Source: Octopus vulgaris
Lineage: Eukaryota
Reading direction: 5' to 3'
Length of the DNA: 64,000 nucleotides
NCBI GenBank assembly: GCA_951406725.2
Contig: OX597823.1
Coordinates: 27,218,001 to 27,282,000 of the forward strand
Part shown: one piece after another, positions 41,760 to 55,299 of the stretch
Numbering within the stretch: position 1 is the first letter of the stretch
Layout: each line of letters starts with the position of its first letter
The notes under the pieces: model-generated
What the model saw: the letters and a program-made list of their open reading frames with translations, nothing else
Told to the model about the DNA's origin: nothing
Databases searched by the model: none
Translations under genes and position numbers: made by a program

Positions 41760-42509
41760 TCGATGAACCGATACCAGGGTAGCAAATTCACGTCAGAAAC
41801 ACGGTTGAATCGACTTGTCCAAGGGTAGAAACTCCGGGTTCATGTGCAGAAATTAGTGTGTTATATATGAATGAATAAATAAATGGAGTTGAACGAAGAT
41901 GTTAACAAAATTCCTTTACTCTCGACATATGTTTCGAAGACAACATGGTTTTATTCCAAAGGAATAAACGGTGCAAGATGCAATCTTCTCATCAGGAAAG
42001 AAAGGGAGCCTCTCTCAACAACAAGACAAAACAAAAATTGCGATGACTGCCTACATGGTAAACAAAACGATAAGTGTTTAAAAAAAAACCGTTAGTAGAA
42101 TTGACGTCAAAGTTAGATAGTAGGAAGAGAAGGGTTAAAGGAATAATAGGTAGGGAACAAATAGAGAGGGAGGGGTACGTTTATTAAAAGAATGTTGAAA
42201 GACTTAGGAAAGAATTTCGCTATTGAAGTGGAGTGCACGTTAAGCTAATTGTTCAAAGTATAATGACTATCGAAATCCTTTATATGAGTAAAAAGTATGT
42301 TTCTGCCATTTGTACGATTTCTCTATGAGTGTGTTTACAAGGGGAACCTTACAGAAGAGAATATGGAAGAGTTCAGAGTTGCAAATGTTACAAAATCTTC
42401 TGCCCTTACCAAAAGGAAAGGATACAGACAGTATGAACCAATCTAACTTAAAATCTATATTATTGTCTTTAAGACGCCAAACTAATTTGCTTAGCCCTGT
42501 ACTATGTCG

Positions 42510-42510
<1 letters not shown>
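41760..42510 (-). mobile_element. Penelope-like element 3' fragment (endonuclease C-terminus + pLTR)
   Basis: Minus strand HSTGLSKLVWRLKDNNIDFKLDWFILS...FCNICNSELFHIL; truncated at (TA)n; hammerhead downstream. Confidence 0.75.
41913..42005 (-). ncRNA. Type I hammerhead ribozyme, fully canonical core
   Basis: Helix I CCTTT-CTTTC/GAGAG-t-AAAGG; CTGATGA; long helix II GAAGA...TCTTC; GAAA; palindromic helix III ACATATGT; GUC site (C at 41924). Confidence 0.85.
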
Positions 42511-42543
<33 letters not shown>

Positions 42544-42785
42544 GCTTTATGGCGTATCGTCAGACCTTAAAACCTGTTGACCTAAGACCTCTTCAAATTA
42601 TGGTGGGGGAAAAGAAAATCCCCTATTGTCCACTCTTCATGGACGGCAAACTCAGACTAATTCCATAAAACGGCCTTCCCCGTTAAAATATACACTACTG
42701 TACATCTTAGAGTTTGCTTCTTCTGATTTATGCTTTCTACAAACGATATCTCTCACTTACTCTCTCTCTCTTTCCATATATATAC

Positions 42786-42875
<90 letters not shown>

Positions 42876-43521
42876 AGAGAGAGAGAGAGAGAAAGAAAGA
42901 GAAAAAAGAGGAAAGATTGACAGACTTGATGCATAAGTGACAAAAACTAAGCACATGAGAAGTAAGAGCTAAATTAATGAGACTTCGTTGAACTCCATCA
43001 GGTTACTACATTGCTATACATGAAGCTATGAACAATTTGAATGTATATACATATTCGACTAAAACAGTCTTTACGAATAATATGTTTAGAGTATAAGCAA
43101 TCAAACATGAATTTCAAAAGTAGTTTAAAATTTAATTGTGTTCAACAGCTGTTTCATTACGATAAACATAATTAAACATCATCAAATGTATAAATATGCA
43201 ATTACGATATTTATTAGATTTTAATTAAATAAATGAATTAATTAAATGAAATAAACGTTGCCTGTAACGGTTTTCTTATTAACATAATTCCAATGACTTA
43301 GGTTAATACAGCTTTGAAGTATATTTAATTTAAATTAATTACATAACGAAGAAACAGCTGTTGAACACAATTAGAATATGAACTATATGATAACTTTAAG
43401 CTTTCTGCTCTCACTACCTCCTTTTTTATTATATGCTTAATTTTTTTCCATTTATTAACATGGATATATATATATGTGTGTGTATGTATATGTGTGTGTG
43501 TGTTTGTGTTTGTGTCTGTCT

Positions 43522-43557
<36 letters not shown>

Positions 43558-43708
43558 GTATTTGAAAGAACATTTTCGGAAAATAAATCAATATTAATTA
43601 TAGAAATACACTATAAAACAAAGTAAGACGGACCTGATAGAAGAAAATGCTTATATAACGTCACTTCACCGTTTTCAGCTTTGGAAATACTCACACGTAC
43701 CCAAGCGT

Positions 43709-43758
<50 letters not shown>

Positions 43759-44868
43759 ACAAGATCTGTACTGTTTATTTTACGCTTTGAGTTTGTCTTT
43801 TCTTTTACTTGCTTCAGTCATTAAATTTCGGTCATCCTGGGGCGTGTATGTATGCATGTATGTATGCATGTATGTATGTAAGTATGCATGTATGTATGTA
43901 TGCATGCATGTAAATATGTATATACGTATATATATATGTATGTATATATGAATGCATGTATGTATGTATGCATATATGAATGTATGCATGTATGTCTGTA
44001 TGCATGCATGTAAATATGTGTGTATGTATATATGTATGTATGAATGCATGTACGTATGCATCTATGTATGTATGCATGCATGTAAGTATGTATATATGTA
44101 TATACGTATGTATGTATGTATGTATGTATGTATGTATGTATGTATGTATGTATGTATGTATGTATGTATGCATGCATCTATGTTTACTGATGGAAGGGGA
44201 TTCAAGGCTGGGGTAATGTCAAAGTGGATCGCACCACATTTAATGCTTCGCCTAAACAGTATAACACAAATCATCAGATAAAGCACTCCATTCCGTTGGT
44301 GAAGTGTTCATCAATGTACAAAAATTCACATACGCTTCCTAATCCGTAAATCCAAGATAATTTAAAATAGAGAGAATTTTCAGCGTATTGTAAAATCGTA
44401 ATAAAAAGACAGACGCATCAATTATAAGGTCTCACTACAATGTTTCATTAGGAGATTTTTTGGTGTTATAGCATCGTAATTCAGTTATGTAATACATGCT
44501 ACACTCGCAACATTTATCCAATACGTCGTTATACAATGACGTCATATCTTTGGACAACAAACGCGAGTCAACATCTGATATGTTTTTGGACCGGCAAATT
44601 CAACAACATTTGAACATACAAAGCAAGAATACCAAAACGCTCAATACAGAAGTGGACGAGAGTATAAACGGTCAGTCAGAAATTGCAGGTAGTACAACAT
44701 CGATATCCAGATTGGAATCATCAGTCTACAACATCTGTCCAGAAATAGAAACCAGCGCCACGTACCCCTGATCACACACACCGGAGTGAGATATAAAATC
44801 AGTGTCAATTCTTTGAGATACGCATCAGCCTCAATATATATATGTATATATATACATATATATATATT

Positions 44869-45180
44869 CTCTTTACTCTTTGCTCTTTTAGTTTTTCAGT
44901 CATTTGACTATGGCCATGCTGGAGCACCGCCTTTAGTCGAGCAAATCGACCCCAAGGCTTATTCCTTGTAAGCCGAGTACTTAGCCTATCGGTCTCTTTT
45001 GCCGAACCGCTGAGTTCGTATACATATACATATATACGACGGGCTTCTTTCAGTTTCCGCCTGCCAAATCCACTCACGAGGCTTTGGTCGGCCCGAGGCT
45101 ATAGCAGAAGACACTTGCCCAAGTTGCTACACAGTGAGACTGAACCTGGAACCATGTGGTTGATAAGTAAGCTACTTACC
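44869..45180 (-). mobile_element. SINE family A with internal deletion
   Basis: Matches 10701-11125. Confidence 0.85.
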
Positions 45181-45182
45181 AT

Positions 45183-45262
<80 letters not shown>

Positions 45263-45499
45263 CAGAGATCTGTTGTGTAAGGCCAGAACAGTAAGAGAAG
45301 CCGTTAAGTAAACTACAAAAGGAAAACAAAACAAAATAAAGTTGTTGTTTTACCTTGTATTTCCGTATTTCGGGACATTTGGAAAAGTGACGGATGGAAA
45401 AGTCGTTACACACAACAAATCACTTTAATACCACACAATACTTTACCAAAACGACTCCATTTTACATATGTATGTATGTAAGCATGTGTATATATATAC

Positions 45500-45691
45500 T
45501 GACGCCATGATAGATCGCTAGCCACTACACACACATATTTTTATCTCCTTGTTTTCTGTGTCCCTTTCTGTAGAAGAGCGTAGGCTCGAAACGTAAAATA
45601 CATTTTTTTTTATTTCTGAGCGTTATACTAATACATCTGTTTGTTTTGTACACCACCTGTCTTCGTCTTTTGTCTTTTTCGTAAACTCTCC

Positions 45692-45692
<1 letters not shown>
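45500..45692 (+). mobile_element. PLE-type terminal repeat with hammerhead-like motif (45564-45599)
   Basis: CTTT-CTGTAGA-A-GAGC-gtag-GCTC-GAAACGTA-AAA; ends at (TA)n. Confidence 0.7.
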
Positions 45693-45737
<45 letters not shown>

Positions 45738-45769
45738 GTTGTCTACACACTTTATGCAGAGTTTGTCCA

Positions 45770-46000
45770 CCTCATGTACCTACACTTCAGAACCAGCATG
45801 GCATCTGATGTGGCTTTTTAAACCAGACAATGTTTTGAAACGACACCCACATAGATTGCATATGTCATTTGGACCACCAAGAGCTGCAGATAAGTTCTGA
45901 TCTTTGTGGATCTTAAAATGACTTTTGAGGGCCTATGTTTGATATGCAAATCTTCTGGCATACATTGCGTTGAAACGAGTGCACAGATACATAGGCAGAA
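45770..46000 (-). mobile_element. 3' end of the same RTE family as 22865
   Basis: Reverse complement similar to 23390-23600. Confidence 0.7.
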
Positions 46001-46204
46001 TAACTGGTGAAGGTTCGCTTTCCATGGGTTCACTAATATAAGTAGGTATGTATGCATTATGTAGATAGCTAGATAGGTAGATGGACACATGCATGTATTT
46101 AATCCATGTGAAACAAATACGGATTACGTATAATGTTTATCTCGCGTTTGTGGAAATTTTTTATAAGATTCACCAAAATTCCGGTCGAGGTCTTTTGCAC
46201 AAAT

Positions 46205-46257
<53 letters not shown>

Positions 46258-46263
46258 TGTATG

Positions 46264-46379
46264 TATAAAAGTAGTTTTAGAGACAGACCCACCCTCAACT
46301 TAATCAACACTGAAAGATCCTACTCCCGACCAGTGTTGATTGAGTTGAGGGTGGTTCTGTCTCTAAAATTACTTTTATA
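46264..46379. repeat. Hairpin/MITE-like palindrome (about 49-bp arms, 18-nt loop)
   Basis: TTTTAGAGACAGACCCACCCTCAACTTAATCAACACTG / CAGTGTTGATTGAGTTGAGGGTGGTTCTGTCTCTAAAA. Confidence 0.88.
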
Positions 46380-46676
46380 TATACTTTTATATATACGAAT
46401 TAAACATTGAATAGATGTTCATTTTAGTACATCTAATTTGAATGTCTTTTTCCTGTGCACTCGGAAGTAATATTTCCTAATAATTATAATAACAATATAT
46501 ATATGTATATATATTATGTATGTATACAATAATAATATAATATATATATATATATGTATATTTATATATGTACGTATATATACATGTCTGCATGTTTATA
46601 TGTATACATATATGTATGCATGCATGTATGTATAGATGTGAATATGTCTGCGTGTGCTTATGTATGTATATATGTA

Positions 46677-46748
<72 letters not shown>

Positions 46749-47384
46749 CGTATGTATATATGTATGCATATATACATGTATATACATATATGCATGTATG
46801 TATATATGTATACATACATGTACGCATGCATGTCTGTATGTGAGTATGTATGTCTGGGTGTCCTTATGTATGTATATATGCATGTATGTATGTATCATGT
46901 TTGTATGTATGTGAGTGTGTATGTATTTATAAGTACTGCATGCCCAATTGCACATTGAAGCGGAAATTCAACCGCTGCACCACAAACTCTTCGTTAATTA
47001 TATGAAATGGTAAAACTCCCTCCAGCAAAAACTATCGAACTACCAATTAGTATTGCCACACTTTAAAAAAATCAACATGGAAATAAACCCACGCTATAAA
47101 AGTTAGAATTTCAAACGATCGTAGAATAAACAGTACTGAAGTCGGTAATCGAATGTAACGTTTGTCATTAGAAACCCCCCCCCCCCCAGAAAACACTGGA
47201 GTATTAATTATGGGAGATCAATATGGCTCTTTACCTAAGCTTATACATCGGGTACATTTTTATCTAATTTCCCCTCTATTTTGCATACTAATTTTCCTCT
47301 CCCTTCTCCTCGCGAAATGTGTGAGCTGTCCTTGAAATATTCCCCTACATCTGATTCTCCTGTAACGAATAAAATGAAGGCCTA

Positions 47385-47775
47385 CTTCTCCGCTTCGTCC
47401 TCCGCCTCGTGCTCCCCCTCGTCCTCCTCCTCGTCGTCATCCTCATTCTCGTAGTCCTCCTCGCCATCCTCCTCGTTCTCGCCCTCATACTTCTCCTCGC
47501 CCTCGTCCTCGCCCTCTTCTTCTTCTTCTTCTTCTTCTTCTTCCGCTTCTTCTTCTTCCGCTTCTTCTTTTTCTTCTTCTTCTTTTTCTTTTTCTTCTTC
47601 TTCTTCTTCTTCTTCTTCTTCTTCTTCTTCTTCTTCTTCTTCTTCTTTTTCTTTTTTCTTCTTCTTCTTCTTCTTCTTCTTCTTCTTCTCCTCCATTGTT
47701 CCTCCTCCATATCTTTCTCTCCTCCTTATCACCTCCCTCCTCCTCATCCCCTTCTTCCCCTTTTTCCTCCCCCAT
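47385..47775. repeat. (CCT/CTT)n pyrimidine-rich low-complexity tract
   Basis: Direct reading. Confidence 0.9.
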
Positions 47776-47799
47776 CATTTCTGATGTATCACACATCCA

Positions 47800-48690
47800 A
47801 ACAGGGAAATGCTTGAAGGGCGTATGAACTGATATTGACTTCCTCAGACGAGGAAGGCAATGTGGTTCTGTAGAAGTAAGATTCCTCAATGTGGCATTGC
47901 ACAAAATATTCAATGGCCCAGTGCAAACACGAGGATCTAGTCCACTTCCCTACATACCTTAGTCGATGGGTGATGAAGATCAAAATTACAGATGTGACAT
48001 CAATATTAGACATCTGTCAGACGGGTTTGTCAGAAGTGCGTGCAGAACGGTTTTCTGCACTCGTTCAGTGTCCAGGTACTGTTGACTTGTTCAGTTATAT
48101 CGAGCAGCTGTTGTCGCATGTGGGACAGAACCGTCTATTAGCCGACTCCACAGTGATAATTACCCTACCGGCTTTCTTTAATCAAGCAGATAAGACAGTT
48201 TTCCTTTGCCCGGCGACGGTGACGAAAGAGGCTATTGGACAAGGCAGAAATGTATGGGTAGAGAGACATTACTTTTGGTAGAGGCCTCATCGACTTCTTC
48301 TAATTCCACTCGAAAAGAAAAGTGAGGGTGGAGAGGGAGACGCTGTACTCGGGTGGCAAGAATGGATGGAATCACTGCTCTAGGCGTAGACCTGTGAGTC
48401 GGAGAAAAGTAATAGGCGAGGGCCCTTGCCCTTGGTGATCAGTGAGATTTTGGTGGGTTCCCTCGGTTATCCCTAGAGTTCCTCCTATATCAGGCGGATC
48501 ACATCACTAAAATCCCCCTTTTTCCGTCTTTCCTTTTACTGTTTCATACTATACATAATTCCCTTTTTTTTTTGCTTTATTGTATACCGTGTATGCATTT
48601 TAAAAACCATTTCGTTATATGTAAACCCAAAACTTTATGTGTCTTTGTATTGCCCCCTCATCCTTCGCCCCTGTGGCATAGAAAAGAAAT
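47800..48690 (+). mobile_element. Old 3' fragment of a Tx1-family LINE
   Basis: ALVQCP..VDLFSYIEQLLSHVG homologous to the 29206 ORF; 3' end GCCCCTGTGGCATAGAAAAGAAAT then (ATC)n. Confidence 0.8.
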
Positions 48691-48800
48691 CATCATAATC
48701 ATCATCATCATTGTTATTATTGTTATTATTATCATCATCATCATCATCATCACCATCATCATCATCATCGTCATCATCGTCGTCATCATCATCATCGTAT

Positions 48801-48847
<47 letters not shown>

Positions 48848-48850
<3 letters not shown>

Positions 48851-49455
48851 TAGTTTTATTTTTATAGCGTGCTTTCACTTCACTACCGAGCACAGCTCTG
48901 TGTGCCTTGGGTATGTGCTGTGATTTGTTGTGATGCTCTGATGGTTATTGTATGGAAAGTGTTCTGCGTAGGATGTGTGCAGTGCCTAGTAGTGCAATTT
49001 TCTGTATGTTATATGTGTTTGTAAGTCCTGGTGTTTTTGTTATGTATTTGTCTGAATATTTTTTTATCATGCCTAATGCACCTACTATGATAGGAATTGT
49101 TTCTGTTTTCAGGTTCCACATTCTGGTTACCTCTATTTCCAGGTCTTTGTATTTTGAGAGTTTCTCCATTTCTTTTAGAGACACGTTGTCATCTGCCGGT
49201 ATTGATACATCAATTAGAAAGCATTTTTTTTCTTCATGATCTCTGACAACTATATCTGGTCTGTTGGCTTTAATTTCTCTATCTGTGTGTATCGGCATAT
49301 CCCAGATTATGGTTGCTTTCTCGTTTTCTGTGACCTTTTCTGGTGTGTGCCTATACCATCTTTTTTCTGTTGTTATTCCATAATGTTGGCATAGCTTCCA
49401 ATGTATGTAGGTTCCAACTCTGTCATGTCTGTGAATATATTCCTTCTTAGCCAAG
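48848..49455 (-). mobile_element. 5'-truncated copy of the 36097 Dong family in (AAT)n
   Basis: Open RLE frame RHD...NRPDIV...IDV...KY; near-identical to 37228-37832. Confidence 0.93.
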
Positions 49456-50140
49456 TATTATTATTATTATTATTATTATTATAAACGAAATCATTGTTAT
49501 TATTATCATTATTATAAAGCCTCTATTTCATAAAATACTTTGAATTTAAAAGGACACTATTTATAGATTAAATAGCATAAGCGAACTGTCGAGAATTTCT
49601 CTTTCTGTGTAAGTTGACTTAAGACTAATCATAATTCTTTTGTCAAATGAAATTCTTGGTGAGTAATGGTAATCACTGGTTTCTGAATTGTTTAATCCCT
49701 CCGCTACAGCGTTAACCTAATCAACCTTTTGACTTTCGTTGAATGAATGGAATCTCCAAATGTGCATTAGTATTCTCATTGAATACATCTTAGCGGACTA
49801 ACATTGAAGTGTTGTTGTTTATGGTAGATGTGGTGGATATAGCGGCGGAGGGACTGGTTGGGGGTTGAAAGCATCTTGTCTGATGAGCTTAATGTTGGAA
49901 AGAGTGATATTTGTAGAGGTCACATAGAATCAGCCAACACACAAAGTGCGATCACTTAAACTCACACAAAGTAGTTACATACAGATATGCCCCGTAACAC
50001 ATACAGACACATACACAAACATACACATATATATAAAGTGTGTGTGTGTGTGTGTGTGTATGCGTATAGGTTAATATTAATATTTATATTTATATATATA
50101 TGTGTGCGTAATTGTGTGTACGTGTGTCTTCGATAGTATA

Positions 50141-50181
<41 letters not shown>

Positions 50182-50769
50182 GGGGATTGTGTGTGTATTA
50201 CGGTGGCTCTGGCTGTACGTGTCATGTCCCTGGTTGTATGTGCTATGGGTATAAAAAAAACTGAGACCGCCCTATGCGTTGTGTCGAGTTGATACAATAT
50301 ATTTTAGATAAAATGTTTACAAGGTTTCTCTGATTTAAAGTCTCAGGTTAAATCGTAGAAATTGCTGATAGATATGGTTTGAGTCTCGAATCAGAATCAT
50401 CTGAAGAATGAAACTAAAAATGATCGAAAAAACAGTATTTTTTTTATGTTGGTCCGTCTTTTACTCTGCCTTGCTCACTGCCGCTCACAGTCTCCCTGTC
50501 TTTCTCTTCTCCACTTTCTTTTTTTTTTCGGCTAATCTGTCTCGCCTTTCTGATGAAGTTGTTTCGAATCAGTGTTTCTTAAAACAAGGAGTTGTTTTGA
50601 GTCCAAAACAAGGGGTTGTTTTGTTTCGAGTTGGAAACACGATATTTTTATGAGATATTTTTGAATCGCAGTACTTGATTTTTTTTTTTTTTGTTAAAGG
50701 GAAAATTACTATTTTATTATTACTATTTTATTATTTTAACCAAAAGGCAGAAAACAAATAAATTATCTC

Positions 50770-51500
50770 TTTATAGACGAAGCTCAGTTTCAATGGGAGG
50801 AAATGAATCTCATACGAATGGAAAAACAAACAACAAATGGGTTGTACCTTATAATGAAACTCTTTTATGAACATTCAAATGTTACGGTAACGTTGAAATC
50901 ATTGCCTCATTGAGGTCAGTTGAGTACATCGTCAAGTACAGGCTGAAGGAAATGACCAGGCTACTGTTCAAATGAACAATGATAACGAAATTAGTCAATA
51001 TCTAATGGGTAGATGTATTGTACCATCCGAAGCAGTAGCATCCATTTTAGGATTTTCAATTCATAAAAGGCCACCTGAAATAGTTAGACTACAAACTCAT
51101 CTACCAGATGAACAGAGAATATGGCTAAAAAATAATGAGGATATGGCTATTAATGAACAACATATGAGAACCAAATTGACAGAATTTTTTCATTGTACAT
51201 CTGTGATGACCTTGTAAAAACATTACTTTATCCTGAAGTAGCCATGTATTTCACTTAGAACAGTAGTAACAAAGAATGGCAAAGAAGAAACCGAAGAAGA
51301 AATAGTTGAAGACCATCTGAACGGTTTCAAAGAAGAAACAATTTGTCGTGTTTATATTGTTACATTAAAGGCAGGAGAACTGTATTATTTAATAATTTTG
51401 TTGCATGAAGTTTGAAATAGTAATTTTTCCTTTCCCGCTGAGCGCCGACGTTTTCAACTTGGAGTGGTTGTGACACAACGGTCACAGCGGGTACATCTAG
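50770..51500 (+). mobile_element. Internally deleted Helitron (RepHel fragment + 3' terminus)
   Basis: NNKWVVPYN, NVEI, EISQYLMGR..SEA...I.GF.IH, VRL..HLP.EQ, GELYYL; 3' hairpin GTGAC..GTCAC and CTAG|T at 51497-51501. Confidence 0.82.
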
Positions 51501-51906
51501 TGTATTTATTTTGTCTTTTATCGTTTATCATTAGACTGCAGCCTTGCTAGGGCGCCGCCTTGAATTTTAGCTGAACGAATAGACCCGAGAACTTTCTTAA
51601 TGAAGCTCTATTACCGAACCTCTAAACTACAGGAACGTAAACACACCGACACCTGTTGTCAATCGGTGTGGAGAACAAATATAAGTATAAGACATACAAA
51701 TATACATATATACAACTGGCTTATTTCAATTTCAGTCTAGCGAATTCACTGCGTGTTCCTCAAATCATACTGCTGTCTTTAAAAAAGGAATAATGATTAA
51801 TGTGGCCAAGGTTACCCCCACACAGGCAAAAAAGATGAGACAGGGTTGGAATATGATATATTTGTTTAATTGACGTCAACAGAGGGTAAAACAACTACAA
51901 AATATC

Positions 51907-52108
51907 TGTTTCAGTCATTTGACTGCGGCCATGCTGGAGCACTGCTTTTAGTCGAACATATCAACCCCAGGATTATTCATTGTAAGCCTGGTACTTATTC
52001 GGTTGGTCTCTTCTCCCGAAACGCTTAGTTACGTGGACGTGACCACACCAACATCGGTTGTCAATCGATGGCGAGGAAACAAACACAGACACACACACAC
52101 ACATATAT

Positions 52109-52139
<31 letters not shown>

Positions 52140-52285
52140 AAAACGATGGGCTTCTTTCAGTTTCCGTCTACCAAATCTACCTCACAAGGCTTTGGTCGGC
52201 CCGAGGCTACAGTAGAAGACACTTGCTAAGGTTCCACGCAGTGGGACTGAACTCGGAACTATGTGGTTGGTAAACAAGCTACTTA
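51907..52285 (-). mobile_element. SINE family A, diverged (older copy at about 51510-51750)
   Basis: Matches 10701-11125. Confidence 0.82.
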
Positions 52286-52449
52286 ATTTCAAAAATTTTG
52301 CCATAAAGCCATGATACAGAGTAGCTTGCGGGCTGGACAAAGTCATTGATGAGGTGACTGATGATAAGGATGATATTAATGGGAGAAGACAAAAAAACGA
52401 CCGCCGATCCTTTGCTTCTCTAAAATATTATTCTCTTCTTTTATTCACA

Positions 52450-53477
52450 GAAAAAGACAAAAGGAGGTAATGAACCTCTAACTTCAGTTTCACAATTTCT
52501 GGACTAATAGTCTATTTAAGAATTGGGACGTTAAGCTTCTTAAACACAATAACATGCAATAAACATAATAAACATTATAACACTGAGGCTTTTCAACCTC
52601 TTGTCTATATTCCTCCCTGACATCGCTTGTGCCCGTATACTCCACCACCGCCCACGCCTCGACTACCGGCAATGTCCCGTTTCTCTTCCTCTTCCTCTTT
52701 TTTCCCTCTCAACTGAGTGAGGGTGCATCTCCTCCGTGACTGGGAGATTCACCTCCCCTCACTCATCCCTAGGATCCTTCGGTGAGCACCCATTGTTGCT
52801 CACCTTCTTCCTCTTGTGGCCCTTCTTTGAGAAGTTCTCCGTCTTCTCAGCCACCTTCATTCATTCTTCTACAGAGGTCTCAATTGACTGCCCCAGGACT
52901 TTGCTTTGTTCCTGGGGACAGTTTCATGGCTGATTGGATCCACAGAGTCAAAACAGCTTTTGACTCAACCCAATCAGCCGCAGGAAGAATTTTCAAATTG
53001 AGGAGCCTGGCTCCGCTGCTATCCAGACCCCGACGGATAGTATCCTCTATTCACTGGGGTTCAATACCGGCTGGCAAATCACAGACCCAGGCCCTCGTCA
53101 GTTTTTTCCCACAATAAGTGGGAAGAAACAAAATTTCATTACCCTCAACGAGCTGACTCGCAAAACTGCGAGGCTCATCTGGGGTATTAAACAGCAACCA
53201 CACCGTTGCACGTTTGACTCCCCTTGAGATATACTTAATGGTTGGCAGATGTTCCGCCAACTCCTGCTCAATCATCTGCTTGGAGAAGACGGCAATGGTG
53301 TCGAGAACCTTCGAATACGTTCTCAACACCACCGTCCTCTTCTCTTGCTGTGTGAGCCACTCCTTAGGTGGGAAATCTCCCACTCTACAATCTTATCCGT
53401 ATTTTTTGCTATGTTTTAAATTAAAAAGTAAGAAAGTCCAAAGCAATAGTTCACAAATTTCAAAAAGGGAAAGAGAG

Positions 53478-53480
<3 letters not shown>
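52450..53480 (-). mobile_element. 5' part (ORF1 remnant) of another Tx1-like LINE starting at (TA)n
   Basis: IEQEL...IKYISRG....TV.L.F.....LPTYCGKKLTRAWV.DLP parallels ORF1 at 33104-33436. Confidence 0.65.
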
Positions 53481-53557
<77 letters not shown>

Positions 53558-53721
53558 CTCTCTTTCCCTTTTTGAAATTTGTGAACTATTGCTTTGGACT
53601 TTCTTACTTTTTAATTTAAAACATAGCAAAAAATACGGATAAGATTGTAGAGTGGGAGATTGTCCCACCTAAGGAGTGGCTCACACAGCAAGAGAAGAGG
53701 ACGGTGGTGTTGAGAACGTAT
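53315..53721. repeat. About 400-bp palindrome: 166-bp arms around a (TA)n core, followed by about 310 bp of (TA)n
   Basis: 53315-53480 is the reverse complement of 53555-53721 apart from one 1-nt indel. Confidence 0.95.
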
Positions 53722-53724
53722 ATA

Positions 53725-54425
<701 letters not shown>

Positions 54426-55299
54426 ATCTCTGTTTCTCTCTCTAATTCTCCCTCTCTCTTCTTGTCACATACTTTCTATTTCATTTATCTCTCTACCATT
54501 CTAATACTATCAATATTCCGTTCACTTCTCCGCTTCAACTCTTTCCCTTCCTCTTTAGAAAAACATTTTGTATGAGTTCTGCGTGTATATATATATATAT
54601 ATGTAGCTTTCTGTTGTGCTATGCGTATTCAATCGTCTACTCTTGTCGGAATTTTATATAACATGGATACATTACCCCCAAATATTTTCCTACCTAGCCT
54701 CGTGTTATGGAATTGCTCCTTGTTGTAAACGAATAGGGAGTTTAAGAGAGCTTACTGAACTTGTATCACAAATGTTATAGCACGAACTGTGACGTTTACA
54801 ACTTTCACTCTTACAATCGAATGTATAAATTATTTTAATGATTTGTAGCTTGTTCTCATGTTTCCAGGTTTATGGTCCGCTGCTAATAATGGGTTTTTAT
54901 TTTAGTGTTTTAGAAATATATCATCAGTGTCAGCTTATAGTTTATTGTGATGTGTTTTGTGTTTTGTTTTAGCAGATATTTATGATGTGTTATTGTTTTC
55001 CATAACTTGTATGCATTTGATTCATACGATACGCTTAGTGTGTAGTTTGTGTACATATAGATACGTATACATACATGCATACATACATACATACATACAG
55101 ACATACATACATGCATACATACATACTTACATACATACATACATACATGCATACATACATACATACATACATACGCACGCACATACACACACATCCATAT
55201 ATTTAGATGTATGATTATTGCTGTTGGAGTTAAAGCGTTCACCTAGATTATCTTTATTCTGTCATCTTCCAGTATAGTGATTGGTGTAGCACTGTATTC

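Noticed and set aside
44700-44728. Minus-strand CTGATGA-TTCCA/TGGA hairpin (similar cases at 49880 and 50550)
   Set aside because: Lacks GAAA or helices I and III.
47382-47747. Acidic E/D-rich ORF
   Set aside because: Low-complexity (CTT/CCT)n tract open in several frames.
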